A stretch of 64,000 nucleotides of DNA from Convolutriloba macropyga (GCF_964194025.1 NC_134473.1:35774001-35838000), one strand, 5' to 3'. Positions 1-13,623 are shown, counted from the stretch's first letter. Made by a program: numbers and translations. Notes: a model not told the origin generated them from the letters alone.

Positions 1-1350
1 CGCTCCACTAAGAGCGAAAAATGACGTCACACATGCAATTCAGTTGAAATTGCATGAACGAATGAACAAAAAGTGGCTGTGATGTCATATGGTCGTAACA
101 AAAATCATGACGACGAAATAAAAAAACATAGCAGGACAAGTCCTGACGTACAATTCAAAGAATTTTCATTGAATTAACAAACAACTAGACCTAGAACGGA
201 CAATGAGTGAATTGGGAAAACCATTTCTAAAAAAATCAGATGAAAAAAAAACAAAAAAAAAACAGAAAATCAATGTCAAAATGCTGCAAGGGAGAACAAA
301 AAACCACTAACGAGATATGTAATTTCGATTCTAACAAAAAACTAGGTCCAGAATGAGCTGTGAATGGATTGGGAAAACTAATAGTTTTGCCACTCATTAG
401 ACGGAATGCTCAGCACCTCCTTACTTAAGATGTACAGCCGTGAACTGGAGAAAAACATGTAAACTTTGTATGACGTTTTTTATTCATTACGTTATCCATT
501 CTGCTTATTTAAATCACCATATTTTATAAATCAAGGATTTGTCCTCGGTCTGCAGTTTCTTACAAAAATCTTTTGTAATTAGGACTCTGTTCACGCCTCG
601 CTAGACCAAAATAGGTTCCTTCACTTTCTTGCAAACCACAACTTTCTGAAGCTTTTGCACGACCAAAAGCCATCTCTGAATGGATCGTTGTCTAGAATTT
701 AGCCTCTGATTGGATTTTCATGCCATCAACTTTCGCAAGGCTTCTGAATGCATAATAACTTATTCAATTCTGGCTGATAATATGCCGCTGAGGCTTGAAA
801 ACAAAAACATCCTAATTGTCACTAAGAAAATTATGAGAAAAATTAAAGATGTTTAGATCTGACTCGAGATCGTCATCTCAATTACTTCTAAAGGAATAGG
901 ACCAAAATCTTTAAATGGCATTGTTCAAACAACGCATTGTTCAAACACCGTTTCCTCACTCTACTTTTAAATTACAGCGATAAAAATTCACGCCGCAAAA
1001 CCACTCGCTTTTTCGCTCCATTTCCTGTTTCGGCGTGACCAAAATCACCACTCCAATTTGACTTCAAAAATCATGAAAATGTGTGAACAGATCTTAAAAA
1101 AAAAGACAGCGCCCCAATACAATTCAAAATCTTTGAATTGTAAAAAAACCAAGAGAAGGCCAATAATAGCCCCAGCTATCGCTGTGCGGTTATTAATAAC
1201 AAAGCTCGACAAGTAAAAAGCAGCTTAACTTGAGTATATGCATTAAATTAGGTGTCCTATAAACTTCTTATTGAGGCCCTTCACTCATAAATTTTTGTGT
1301 CTGCATTTTGAAGTGAATTTTGATGTTATGATTGCTATATGATATCTTAC

Positions 1351-1458
1351 GCCTGAGTCTCTCCGACTGGCAAAATGTGGCTGGGATTTCAACTTCCTCA
1401 CTCGATTCCTCGTCCTCTTCGTCTTCATGTCGCTGTTCTTCATCTCCCCCGATTTGCT
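1351..1458 (-). CDS. Putative DZIP1-like exon, 108 nt, phase 1-1 (left-hand duplicate copy)
   Basis: cttttcag|AG CAA ATC GGG GGA GAT GAA...CTC AGG C|gtaaga. Encodes (E)QIGGDEEQRHEDEEDEESSEEVEIPATFCQSERLR; phase matches the upstream exon. Confidence 0.5.
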
Positions 1459-3267
1459 CTGAAAAGATTCAACTACTGTTTATTGTATCCTTAGTCAATC
1501 ATCGCTATCGCAACAAAAGTGGCTAACAATCAATGAACAAGCAAGATTGGGTTGCTATGAATAAAGGCGAACGGGCGCAGAGCTAAATGATAAAATGTAA
1601 TTCAGAGCCGAATGCTTAAATTTACCAAATTTAAGCATTCGGTTTTTATTCCCAATTTTGCACATTAATTTAAACGAATCAGGTTGTTCGGCTAGTCAGT
1701 AATTTGACCTAGCAATCTCATTGGTTGAGATTAAAAAATAAAAACGTAAGAATTGATGATTTGATCAGGTTCCGTCACTTGATCATCTATTGCGTGCAGT
1801 CTTTTTGCGGTCGTAGGGGGAGGTTGTGACCGATATACCATCTTTACTACTGTCTTCCTCTCAAGATTGGATTTACCTACCCAACACTCTAGTTGCTTCA
1901 AATGTGTAAGGAAGTGTCAGTTTGGCGCGACTGATAATGCATTTAGCGCTAACTGTTTGCATGAATCGTATGAATTAATTTGAAAAGAAAAAAATCACTG
2001 CATTGATGACATTTTCTAAGTACTAGTTTGTTGGCATTTTGAGCCGAACCAGGTAATCATCAGAGAATCATCAGAGAAGAAAGCCTTAAAAATCATCAGC
2101 TATGGAGTACAATGCAGAGGGCCCTCACTGAACATTGCAGCCCTTATGTTCTTTCTTCTAGACAATGACCGGGTTATATATTAATTAAAGATCGATTTTT
2201 TGGCGTTGATCGGATGAATTGCCCGAAAACAAACCGTAAAATACAGCTTGACTAAACTTGATAAAAAATAAATACTAAAAGAATATATAGCTATAAGACA
2301 CTAATAGTTTTGCCACTCATTAGACGGAATGCTCAGCACCTCCTTACTTAAGATGTACAGCCGTGAACTGGAGAAAAACCTGTAAACTTTGTATGACGTT
2401 TTTTATTCATTACGTTATCCATTCTGCTTATTTAACTCACCATATTTTATAAATCAAGGATTTGTCCTCGGTCTGCAGTTTCTTACAAAAATCTTTTGTA
2501 ATTAGGACTCTGTTCATGCCTCGCTAGACCAAAATAGGTTCCTTCACTTTCTTGCAAACCACAACTTTCTGAAGCTTTTGCACGACCAAAAGCCATCTCT
2601 GAATGGATCGTTGTCTAGAATTTAGCCTCTGATTGGATTTTCGTGCGATCAACTTTCGCAAGGCTTCTGAATGCATAATAACTTATTCAATTCTGGCTGA
2701 TAATATGCCGCTTGAAAACAAAAACATCCTAATTGTCAGTAACAAAATTATGAGAAAAATTAAAGATGTTTAGATCTGACTCGAGATCGTCATCTCAATT
2801 ACTTCTAAAGGAATAGGACCAAAATCTTTAAATGCCATTGTTCAAACACCGCATTGTTCAAACACCGTTTTCTCACTCTACTTTTAAATTAGAGCGATAA
2901 AAATTCACGCCGCAAAACCACTCGCTTTTTCACTCCATTTCCCGTTTCGGCGTGACCAAAATCACCACTCCAATTTGACTTCAAAAATCATGAAAATGTG
3001 TGAACAGATCTTAAAAAAAAAGACAGCGACCCAATACAATTCAAATTCTTTGAATTGTAAAAAAACCAAGAGAAGGCCAATAATAGCCCCAGCTATCGCT
3101 GTGCGGCTATTAATAACAAAGCTCGACAAGTAAAAAGCAGCTTAACTTGAGTATATGCATTAAATTAGGTGTCCTATAAACTTCTTATTGAGGTCCTTCA
3201 CTCATAAATTTTTGTGTCTGCATTTTGAAGTGAATTTTGATGTTATGATTGCTATATGATATCTTAC

Positions 3268-3375
3268 GCCTGAGTCTCTCCGACTGGCTGAATGTGGCTG
3301 GGATTTCAACTTCCTCACTCGATTCCTCGTCCTCTTCGTCTTCATGTCGCTGTTCTTCATCTCCCCCGCTTTGCT
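3268..3375 (-). CDS. Putative DZIP1-like exon 7, 108 nt, phase 1-1
   Basis: Same exon in the next repeat unit, (E)QSGGDEEQRHEDEEDEESSEEVEIPATFSQSERLR. Canonical cag/gtaaga sites, phase-compatible with the donor at 4969. Confidence 0.55.
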
Positions 3376-4968
3376 CTGAAAAGATTCAACTACTGTTTAT
3401 TGTATCCTTAGTCAATCATCGCTATCGCAACAAAAGTGGTTAACAATCAATGAACAAGCAAGATTGGGTTGCTATGAATAAAGGCGAACGGGCGCAGAGC
3501 TAAATGATAAAATGTAATTCAGAGCCGAATGCTTAAATTTACCAAATTTAAGCATTCGGTTTTTATTCCCAATTTTGCACATTAATTTAAACGAATCAGG
3601 TTGTTCGGCTAGTCAGTAATTTGACCGAGCAATCTCATTGGTTGAGATTAAAAAATAAAAACGTAAGAATTGATGATTTGATCAGGTTCCGTCGCTTGAT
3701 CATCTATTGCGTGCAGTCTTTTTGCGGTCGTAGGGGGAGGTTGCGACCGATAGACCATCTTTACTACTGTCTTCCTCTCAAGATTGGATTTACCTACCCA
3801 ACACTCTAGTTGCGTCAAATGTGTAAGGAAGTGTCAGTTTGGCGTGACTGATAATGCATTTAGCGCTAACTGTTTGCATGAATCGTATGAATTAATTTGA
3901 AAAGAAAAAAGTCACTGCATTGATGACATTTTCTAAGTACTAGTTTGTTGGCATTTTGAGCCGAACCAGGTAATCATCAGAGAATCATCAGAGAAGAAAG
4001 CCTTAAAAATCATCAGCTATGGAGTACAATGCAGAGGGCCCTCACTGAACATTGCAGCCCTTATGTTCTTTCTTCTAGACAATGACCGGGTTATATATTA
4101 ATTAAAGATCGATTTTTTGGCGTTGATCGGATGAATTGCCCGAAAACAAACCGTAAAATACAGCTTGACTAAACTTGATAAAAAATAAATACTAAAAGAA
4201 TATATAGCTATAAGACACTAATAGTTTTGCCACTCATTAGACGGAATGCTCAGCACCTCCTTACTTAAGATGTACAGCCGTGAACTGGAGAAAAACCTGT
4301 AAACTTTGTATGACGTTTTTTATTCATTACGTTATCCATTCTGCTTATTTAACTCACCATATTTTATAAATCAAGGATTTGTCCTCGGTCTGCAGTTTCT
4401 TACAAAAATCTTTTGTAATTAGGACTCTGTTCATGCCTCGCTAGACCAAAATAGGTTCCTTCACTTTCTTGCAAACCACAACTTTCTGAAGCTTTTGCAC
4501 GACCAAAAGCCATCTCTGAATGGATCGTTGTCTAGAATTTAGCCTCTGATTGGATTTTCGTGCGATCAACTTTCGCAAGGCTTCTGAATGCATAATAACT
4601 TATTCAATTCTGGCTGATAATATGCCGCTGAGGCTTGAAAACAAAAACATCCTAATTGTCACTAAGAAAAATATGAGAAAAATTAAAGATGTTTAGATCT
4701 GACTCGAGATCGTCATCTCGATTACTTCTAAAGGAATAGGACCAATTTCTTTAACTGGCAGTGTTTCAGGTAAAATGTAGTTTAAAAATGTCTGATGAAA
4801 GACTAAACAGCCGATCATCAAATTTGTGTAAAACATCAACACACAATTCGTGAACAAAAATAGCATGGGTAACAACAATAATGATGGTACAAATTGAAAA
4901 AAGGCGAATGATTGATCAGAACACTAAAAGGAATGATGGGAAACAGATTGAACAGATGATGTTCCTAC

Positions 4969-5358
4969 CGTTAAAATTAACCCGCTTTCGCTTCCTACCA
5001 CTAGCAACCGAAGCTCTCAGTTGACCTGAATAGACGACTTTCTGGTCATGAGATGCTAATCTAGGTCTATGAGTCGATCTGTACCAGTCAACCAACTCGC
5101 TCATTCTTTGAGAGTCCTTCTCTGTTTTACACCCCGTTTGATGATCTTTGGTGACCTTTAGAGAACCATTGGGGTATCTCAGGTCGGCCCCGTTTTGGTC
5201 GGGTGACGACAACCGAGAGCTTTTAGGGTTTTGTGTCTTTTGAGCTGAGGGTCTTGACTTGACTGTTGTAGTTGGGGCGTTTAGAGTTGCTTTTGCATAA
5301 TGGAACTGATCATTATTGTCATTATTGTGTTCACATTCAATTACAGGACAAACTTGAA
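4969..5358 (-). CDS. DZIP1: DZIP1-like exon 6 (low-complexity C-terminal region)
   Basis: ttattttag|TT CAA GTT TGT (phase 1, fits exon 5). Open frame within ORF 4916..5398. Donor AAC G|gtagga; the 3' end is less certain. Confidence 0.65.
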
Positions 5359-5733
5359 CTAAAATAAGTTTGCATGTGGTGTGCTGCAAAATTTTCATTA
5401 AAAAACAATTAATTGGTTTGTTGAGATTTTCATTTATAATCCATTTTGTAATAAAAGAGAACTCATTGCTGTAAATTTTCTTAAGTTAAATAAAATGAAT
5501 TGCTCAAGACTTCATTGTTCTCAAAAATTTGTAATTATTATGTAAAATTACTACCTCTTTTGCATAAAATAGAGGTCATTTATAATTAAAAATTTTCACA
5601 AATCAAGCAAAAAACAGCAATTCATGGCAAACAAACCACTTCTAAAAAATCTGATTACTTTTGATGATTGAAAACCAATTATATAATAACGGAATGATAA
5701 CTGATATGATAACTGAACACCAATTATGCTTAC

Positions 5734-6088
5734 CTGATGAACTTCCAAATGGCTCTACTTCATCAGCAAAATCAGCCTGGTCAAAACCTTCAACTGCCGA
5801 CGTTAAAACCATCCGATCTTTATCCACACTAACTGCTTGCAGATCCGTCACCTGATCCTCTTCCATATTTCGGTCCAAAACCTTTTCGGAACCTTTCTGG
5901 ATCTGCTTTGGAGTTTTCGGAGTCGACTGTTTAGGAAGTGAACGCTGCTTGTTCGGTTGCTTTCCTTTTGCAGTTGTTCTCCTCCTAGTTCCGTCCAATT
6001 CATTTTCAACCACTTCAACACGAGTGGAGTTTTGCAGTCGTTCCAGAAGAAGTCTTTGCGACTCGTTTTCAACTTCTAACTTTCTCAG
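5734..6088 (-). CDS. DZIP1: DZIP1-like exon 5
   Basis: ctttttag|CTG AGA AAG (LRKLEVENESQRLLLERLQ..., coiled-coil-like), donor TCA G|gtaagc. Phases 0->1 are consistent with neighbours. Confidence 0.75.
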
Positions 6089-6542
6089 CTAAAAAGGGAA
6101 AAGGAATGCTTAATTGTCCAACTGGACTGGTTTGATCCTGTGATAGGAAAAAAACTCAAAGGCAGTGTATTGAGGTGTATTGAGGCATTTTCATGAGATC
6201 AACAATGAAACGTATTTCAAATCACTCCAAAATAGGACTTTATAACTAACATGGATAATAATTACAATTTAAAGGTTAATATAACTTTTAAAAAAGTAGT
6301 TTTCTTGTCAAACAAAACTAAAATCTGAATTTACTAATTTGGAGGACTATGAAAGTCATACAGTGATTCTCGGAAATTCAGGAACGCTATTTAAATTCCG
6401 TTTAATTATTTAATTCTCTCAACCTTCCCTCACCGGCAGAACCATTTTTTTGGACAATCTTTCATTAACTTTTTTGGCATTGCTGGTAGCAATTTGCCTA
6501 ACCCATGTGTGACTGTTGTGATTTAATCATCAATAAGCTTAC

Positions 6543-6598
6543 CTTCTCCTGGTACAAGGTTAGCTCCTTTGTGTTCGCTGTTCTATCAGAGTCAGATC
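6543..6598 (-). CDS. DZIP1: DZIP1-like exon 4 (56 nt)
   Basis: gtttttag|GA TCT GAC...GAG AAG|gtaagc. Phase 1->0 links exons 3 and 5 in frame. Confidence 0.7.
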
Positions 6599-7561
6599 CT
6601 AAAAACGGAAAGAAAATCCAATTAAATTTTAAAAAATAGCCGATACACTGCCGGTATAGCTGCGAATTAGCGTGCCGTAGAAAACAAAACACAAGACTAA
6701 TACATTGATATGGCTTGTTAAAACGGAATCCACACAAGCCTTTTTATTTATTAAGGACCTTTATTATACATATGAGTTTCTTTGATCATTCAAATTGAAC
6801 TTTAGGTTATCAATAGCAAAACCCATTCTGTTGAGTGAGGCAAAATCTAAAAACATAAACAACCTAAAAGAGTGTGAGAAATGACGCCAAGCGCACAAAT
6901 GCCGATAGTGAGAGGAAGAAGTCAGTCGGAAAACTTGTTCAGCTTTGCTGTGAGAACAAATACAAATCGAAAAAAAAGAGCGTCAGAAGATGAAATATAA
7001 AACATTGCCGCAAGACTGCGAAACGGACTTGAAATAAAAACTGAATTTGCCCGAACCAACAATTTATATAATCTATTCTTTTAGTTACCCAACTCAACTT
7101 CAAAAAAGGTAACTAAATAAAATGGATAACAAAAGCCTCTATTAATCTCCACAATTTGCGATTCCAAATCAATTACTCTCCGAAGACATTATGACATTGA
7201 TTCCGTTCAACTGATGAGTAGTTACATAGCAAACAACTTCAAAACGATACATAGCGAGAAAACTCCAATGGAGAAGTATTTGAGAAAAAAATGTAATCTG
7301 ATCACATTTTGTCTTTTTTTACAAAACTGCCTAGAGTAATCCTAGATGAAAAGACAACGTTACATTCCAAAAAATTTTGATCAAAGTATTTCAGATACAT
7401 AAGTCCTCAATATGTTACGAACGTGTCCCAAGACACACTGAACAATAAACACCCAGAAAAGTTTTGAAAAATAGCATAAATGAATAAAAAAAAGACACTC
7501 AGTATAAAAAAATTTCTCGGCATGACAGGATTCGTGACCGTTTTGCATCAGCTTGCTCAGC

Positions 7562-8180
7562 ATCTAACTTGTCCCCAGTCATCGAAAAATGGAACCTTAT
7601 TGCAGGAAATGGTTCTCGCCCTGGCGACATACTTCTGCCTTCATGGAAATCAGGTCGACCAGCTGCTCTAGACGTCACCGTAACTTCTCCACTGCAAGCA
7701 AACATTATAAATCATGCGGCAGAGAATTCTGGTTACGCGATTGAAGCAGCTGAAGAGCGAAAGTATGCACAACAAGAAAATAATTGCTCTGAGCAAGAAA
7801 TTTTGTTGGTTCCTCTGGCTGTTGAGTCATTGGGTGGTCTGTCAGTTACTCTCAAGAAAGCGTTAAAGCGCATAGCTCTGTTAGCTGACAGCAGGAATTA
7901 TCAGTCGCAAGGACATGCTATCGCTTTTGATAGATTGGCTCAGTCAGTTTCCGTTGTGATTGTACGAGGATCGGCTACAATGTTGCTTGCACGAGTCCCG
8001 TAACCCCAAGTTTCGCAATAGTTTTGGACAAATTCTATTTTGGGCAGACATTGTGAACTCCAAGAAGAGTGGAATCTTTCGAGAAGTGCCGCCCAATGAG
8101 AGGGGACCTTCTTTTTGTAATTATTGTCTCACCCAACGAGCGGGGAGAACATAAATAATTTTCAAGAGTTCAATAAAGAT
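7562..8180 (+). mobile_element. 5'-truncated CRE-clade (REL-endonuclease) non-LTR retrotransposon
   Basis: ORF 7569..8003 has RPGDI...ALDVTVTSPL...AEERKY...LVPLAVESLGG...SVSVVIVRGSA, the restriction-like endonuclease C-terminus typical of CRE elements. A short 3' UTR follows, with AATAAA at ~8173. Confidence 0.8.
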
Positions 8181-8692
8181 TGAAACGAGAAGAATTCTCA
8201 AACTTAAGGAGAACAGGACTGATGTTATAGAGAGCGATTGAGAAGAATGAAGAATTCTTCAACAAAAACACACTTACTTGAACCTTTAATGAGCAAAAAC
8301 TTTTGATTCAGAATCAAAGTTTCATAACAAAAGTTTGTATTAATTCACTTAATTGTTTAAAAAAAAATTTCATTTAATTAAATAAACACTGTAAACTATC
8401 AAACATTCAAGTGTCTCCTTTTAGTATCGCATCCCTTTCATTATGTCAAGTGCATCTTTCTAACAACAGTTTCGGGCAAACATGAACGAAAACGAAAAAT
8501 AGGGGGAAACCAAAAATGGACAGAAACAGTCCAAAACCAGACTTATCTCAATCAATTTTCTGAAACAATAACAACGTAAAACTGATTCCCGCCGAACGAA
8601 AAGGTCACTTAAATTAACATTAAGATACAGCTTCACAACCATAAAAACAAATGTGTCGGGTTAGCTAACTAAGTCGAAGCAAACTTAAATTG

Positions 8693-11600
8693 AACAAGGA
8701 TCCTCGATAATGTGCGTTCGCTTATGATGTTCCGACCCGAGCTCGTCTACACTTTTGACTTAATTGTCCACCGGATGAACAGACAATAAAAATAAACGCT
8801 TGAGTTTAAAAGGAAAATTAAAAACCTAACTATTTGTTGAATTACCTAATGCCATGCCGCATTACAGCCTTGACGAGATCTTTCATTGAAAAATCTACGA
8901 GAAAAATAACAAACACCAAAAGAAGCAAAAACAAAAATTTCACGGCAGAAACAAAATATCTAACTTTGAAGGCACCTAGTAACAACGCCAAAATGCAATC
9001 GAATAAAATCTTGACAGCTTAAATTTATTTGTTCATACTATACAGCAGATGGCATTTTTCCTTAATGAGACTAGGTAACAAAGTCGACAAAAGAAACAAT
9101 AAGGCGAAATTGAAAAATCAATCAACATCTTTTAAACCAATCAATTTCAAAAGTCTTAAAAACCATTGGCCTTTAACTAAATAATGCCTAATAAATTTAC
9201 TAAACCTTCACTATGAAACCAATAAGACCTGTCGTTGGTTAGATTAATCCATAGGAATGGACTACAGAAGCAGAAAAAAAATTAAACAATTTGCTAAAAC
9301 ACAAATTATTGAAGCCATTAAATTCATTAGCTATTATCTGAATACTATGTATTCATCCTTCCATTTTCATTCAAATGAATTCAACCAAAATTATAATGAA
9401 AGACTATTTAAGTGCATTTGGGCCAGATTTGAAGATCATTGGTATCTGTTATTACGCGAATGTGCTAAAAGCAGAGAAAAAGTTACACAAGTACACCAAT
9501 AAAACTTTTATTTAAACGCATATGGTCCACCAACAAAACATCAGTTACGACATGATACCGCTGGACGTTTAAATTTTTCTAATACAAGAAATTGAATGAG
9601 ATCTCTAAATGATGAGAATAATCTACAAGTTGACGAAAAAACAAAAAAACTGAAAAATTTAAAAATCATTGAAAATGTATAATATCATAAACTTTGAGCC
9701 TATTTGCTTCAAAATGACTGCCTCGGGTAACATCAATCCTTGAAAACTCAATCAAGCTTTTGAGATCGGCCAGCATTTTATGCCTACCTACAGATTTAAA
9801 AAAGAGACAAAAACCGCTAATTCAAAAAAAATTGAGCGAGAAAAGTGTCGAAGCAATTAAAAAATATTTTTTCGGTAAAAACCTTTCTCTCATCCAAAAT
9901 TTTTTTAAACGCATGAGATTTATTTTTTTAATATGACTTCAAAATATCAATAAATTTGAACAAATACATTAAAACCACTAAATTTCTGAGAAAACCGTTA
10001 TTATCAACGCCATTAAACTCAACTGCTTTCAGCGAAAGGCAATAAAAACGCTCGATGGGAGCATAAGAGTTATGCTTCGATGGGACGATAAGGAAATTTG
10101 TCATTGATAAGTCATCGATACAATAAGTCACTGAATAAGAACAACTAAAACAACAACAAATAAAGGCAAAAACCAAAAATTCAGTAGAAAAGTGCAAGAA
10201 GAAAGTGTCGAAGCCATTTAAACCAAAAGATTTTCTGTGAAAACTTTATCTGTGATCCATTGAACGTCCTTTCTAAGCCAATTGGATTTAACACTAATGG
10301 AATAATGTGATAAGATTTCAGAAGAACCAAAAACAAATCCAAAAACTTTCCAAATGTCCAGAAAATTTATGAAAACTCGCGCATCGAACCATTCAAACCA
10401 ATAGTTAGAAGATAAAGCCGCAAATTAGATTCTTATTTTTGAAGTAAGAAAGAAGGAGTTCCCAGAGTTCACGAAGACAAATTTACGATTGGTTATTGTT
10501 CAAAAAAAATTTTCGAAAAATTTTATTTAAGTCTTAACAGCCATTAAACTCAATAGTTTCAACAGAAGTCAACAAATACGCTCAATCATGACTCAATAGA
10601 AAGATAAAGATGTTTGTCATGCATGTGTAATCAATAAGATATCACAATAAGTCTTATGACTATGAACACAACAAATACAGGCAAAAACCAAAAAATCAGC
10701 AGAAAAGTGCGAGAAGAATGTCGAAGCCATTTAAACATTTTCATCTGAAAACTTTGTCTATGATCCGTTGAAAGTCTTCCAAAAACCAACGGGAGCTTTC
10801 CAAATTAGGATAATGTGATAAAAATTTTTAAAAATACAAAATTATCCAAAAATTTTAAAATTGTTTTTGATATCTTGTGGCATCGAAGTCATAAAACCAA
10901 TAGTTAGAAGACAAAACCGCTAAACAGATTAGTTTTGATTGCAGTAGAAAGGAAGGGGATTCTGTCAGTACTGAGGCTGACTTACAGTTTACAAAAAAAG
11001 TTTACGATTGGTTAAAGTTTAAAAAAAATTTTCGAAAAATTATAAAGTCTTAACAGCCATTAGCTATCCAGTCAAACTCTGAATTGCTTCACTAATGCTC
11101 ATAACAAAACCCATTTCAATTTTAATCAACAATTCTATACCATAGGTCTGCAAAAATTAAGCAAGACCTCAAAAAGAAAGACAAATTTTTATTAAAAATT
11201 ACAAAAGCTCAGAGTCGAAGCCATAAAAAACATGTGCGATTCCTTGAAAACATGTTTTTGTTCATTAGGCGTCATTTTACTGTAAATCAAATTTATCATT
11301 AACCAAACATCGATATGAAAAACGACCAACGATATGAAAAGTGACCAGTTTCTAGGTGACCTAAAAATATGAAGTTTTCTAAAAAAAAAAAGCTCTCAAA
11401 TAGAATTCGAAGTTTTTAACGTAGTTAACTGCCCTGTGAGACCAGAACTAGTCTGTTTATCACCTTTTGTGTATTAGGAATACGAAATGGATTCATTTTG
11501 TGGCGTAAAATGTAACTTCAAATGAAAAATTTTTAAAGAGAGGATCACAATTTGAAGAAAAATTACACTAAAAGTGAACGAAATCATACCAAATATCACG

Positions 11601-11811
11601 TGTTCACACAAAACTTCAATCCTCGATAACTCCTCGAAAAATACGAAATTCAAAAAAAAATCTTTTTAATTTCAAATTCTAGGCTGGACGAGCTTTTTAA
11701 TGATACCACTCACATTTCTCTACGATGCATATATCGATCGGCCAAAATTGACTGAACAAAAAAAAACCCATGAGTATATAGTTCCTTCCCCCACAAGTGG
11801 GGTCGGAACAA
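8693..11811 (-). mobile_element. Helentron/DINE-1-like non-autonomous element, family 3 (~3.1 kb)
   Basis: subTIR GTTCCGACCC (8729) / GGGTCGGAAC (11800). 5' IR hairpin GTTCC...GGAAC at 11781-11809. 3' stem-loop at ~8707-8725; minus-strand terminus CTTGTT as in DINE-1. Internal ~520-bp degenerate tandem repeat (~10000-11060). Ends homologous to 42103-45108. Confidence 0.7.
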
Positions 11812-12674
11812 TAAATGAAATAGTATACCACATCCGTACCATCTGCGTGTTTAGCAATTTATCAAATAAACAACTCGTCTAATTCGATATATTGATTGCG
11901 TACTCGGTATTTACCGCCTACCTGTTTATAAAAAAATGTTTAATAGCATAATTTGCTAGAAATTGTCTGAAGAGAAAAACTGAAATTGAACTTCAAAACC
12001 TTAGAGCACAGACGGCAAATTGCCGGAAAACAGCAGCGAAAAAACCGTTGAGACTGATTCTTTAGAAAGACCGATGGCGAATAAGACAGAAAAAGTGCTT
12101 TAAATGAGTAACAAATGTCGAAAAGCATACACATTTAGCTTCAGAGAGGACGAGATCAATATCAAAATTCTTTGACATCCTGGCGTCTGATCAAATTGTT
12201 GCAACAAAAAAGAACGACAAATAACCAATAAATAGCACAGGCTCTGAACTATAATTCAAATAACTTTCAGCGACTATAGAAAAAGTAGACATAGAAATGA
12301 CTAGAAATGGATTTGAAAAAACATGAACCTTGAAAAAAGAACAGTTAAGCCGGAAGTTAAATTGTCAAAATTTTAAATTAGAGTAAACAATTTCTCTTTT
12401 GCTCCACTTCAGCCTTAAACTTTAACAGACCTGAAGTTTTTTTTAACGTGAGCTCAAGTAAAGGTATAACAGTAAATCTTTACCTAACTTGAGTTTAGTT
12501 CGACTGAGTGACGGTAATAAATTTACCCAACTTTATAGAGCGTCATCATCAATTACGCTAAGATGCGTTAAGCGGACTTGAATACAGAGAGCATGCAAGT
12601 TATGTATCGATTCCAATTAAATGATAATTATTAAAAAGCATATCAGTGCAATTAGATATTGATTTGAAACAAAC

Positions 12675-12872
12675 CTTTCGCTTCTTCATGTTTCAACTGC
12701 AAGTCATTCAACTGTTGAAGAATTTGTTCCTGGATTGCATTTGGCTGCTCAGCTACCTGGCCTACAGGGTTCACTATATTCCTCGGAATTTGCCCTTCAG
12801 AAATATTTCCGAGGGTCGTTGTTTTGAGGAGCTCAATTTGGTCTCTGAGGTAACTCTCGTTTTTTGCTCGCT
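12675..12872 (-). CDS. DZIP1: DZIP1-like exon 3 (coiled coil)
   Basis: tttttag|AG CGA GCA...GCG AAA G|gtttgt; 198 nt open (ERAKNESYLRDQIELLK...LQQLNDLQLKHEEAK), phase 1-1. Confidence 0.8.
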
Positions 12873-13436
12873 CTAAAAATAAAAATCATCCAGACTCTAG
12901 TCTTTTTTTTGCGCTGGACCATCTGTTTGCGAACGTATGTCTAGCCCATGTATGTCTCGGGCTGAGCAACTAATCTTGGGACAAATAACTCGCAGTGGAC
13001 CAGTTAGTTTTTGTTCGTTATAGCAATCAAAAATTGAAGCTTTCCCAACTATTGACTTTTCAAATGTTTAACATAATCTTTATCAAAAAGTGTTCAACTC
13101 TCATCATCTATCTATACATGGCATGTATATTTGCCATTGTTTACTATCAATGGGACTTTTGACTGATGCAAATCTCATAGACTAGTACTAGTAGCTAAAT
13201 CCATAGGATTTTAATTAAATTTAAAGAAAAGAGGAAGAAGAAAGATGAGAGCTTTTGACCTTTTGAGTTTAACAGTACGCTCAATACAATCCTACTTTCT
13301 CAAATTTGCAACCGGGTTTTAAATTCACCTTTTGTTTACATGTCTAAACATCATATGTCTGCAGAAAACATTAAACTTATGTCAGATGGCATAACAAATT
13401 TTCACGTATTTTTTCTCGTTGTTCAGAAAATCCCAC

Positions 13437-13623
13437 CTAGAGAGAGCTCAGTGCTCTGCAACCTCTGTTTCAAATCGGCCATTTCTTTTTCCATCTCTTC
13501 CACTTTGCCGGATGTCTCATCTACCCCTCCCTTTACACCCCCTGGAAGTGCGTCCGGGTGCCTACGTTGGATGTGCTGCTGTAAGAAGTAGTCTGACATG
13601 AAGCTCTTCTCACACATTGTACA
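13437..13623 (-). CDS. DZIP1: DZIP1-like exon 2, C2H2 zinc finger
   Basis: tgtttag|TGT ACA ATG TGT: CTMCEKSFMSDYFLQQHIQRRHP is the C2H2 finger that follows the Dzip-like_N domain in DZIP1/Iguana. Donor CTA G|gtggga. Confidence 0.9.

Larger units (their letters stand above)
377..4765. repeat. Tandem segmental amplification, ~1.92-kb unit, ~2.3 copies (A-B-A-B-A)
   Basis: ACTAATAGTTTTGCCACTCATTAGACGG recurs at 377, 2300 and 4217 (periods 1923 and 1917). Copies are nearly identical; a 6-bp indel near 2711 explains the period difference. Similarity ends at ~4765. Confidence 0.95.

Noticed and set aside
3650-3807. Additional exon (..KTVVKMVYRSQPPPTTAKRLHAIDDQ..) in the tandem unit
   Set aside because: Open frame, but no phase-compatible donor found.
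4693-4727. Terminal DZIP1 exon (E)VIEMTISSQI*
   Set aside because: Phase-compatible but very short and unsupported by homology; kept only as an alternative.
12914-13003. Small element with CTGGACCA/TGGACCAG ends
   Set aside because: Inverted repeat short and imperfect, no TSD, single copy.
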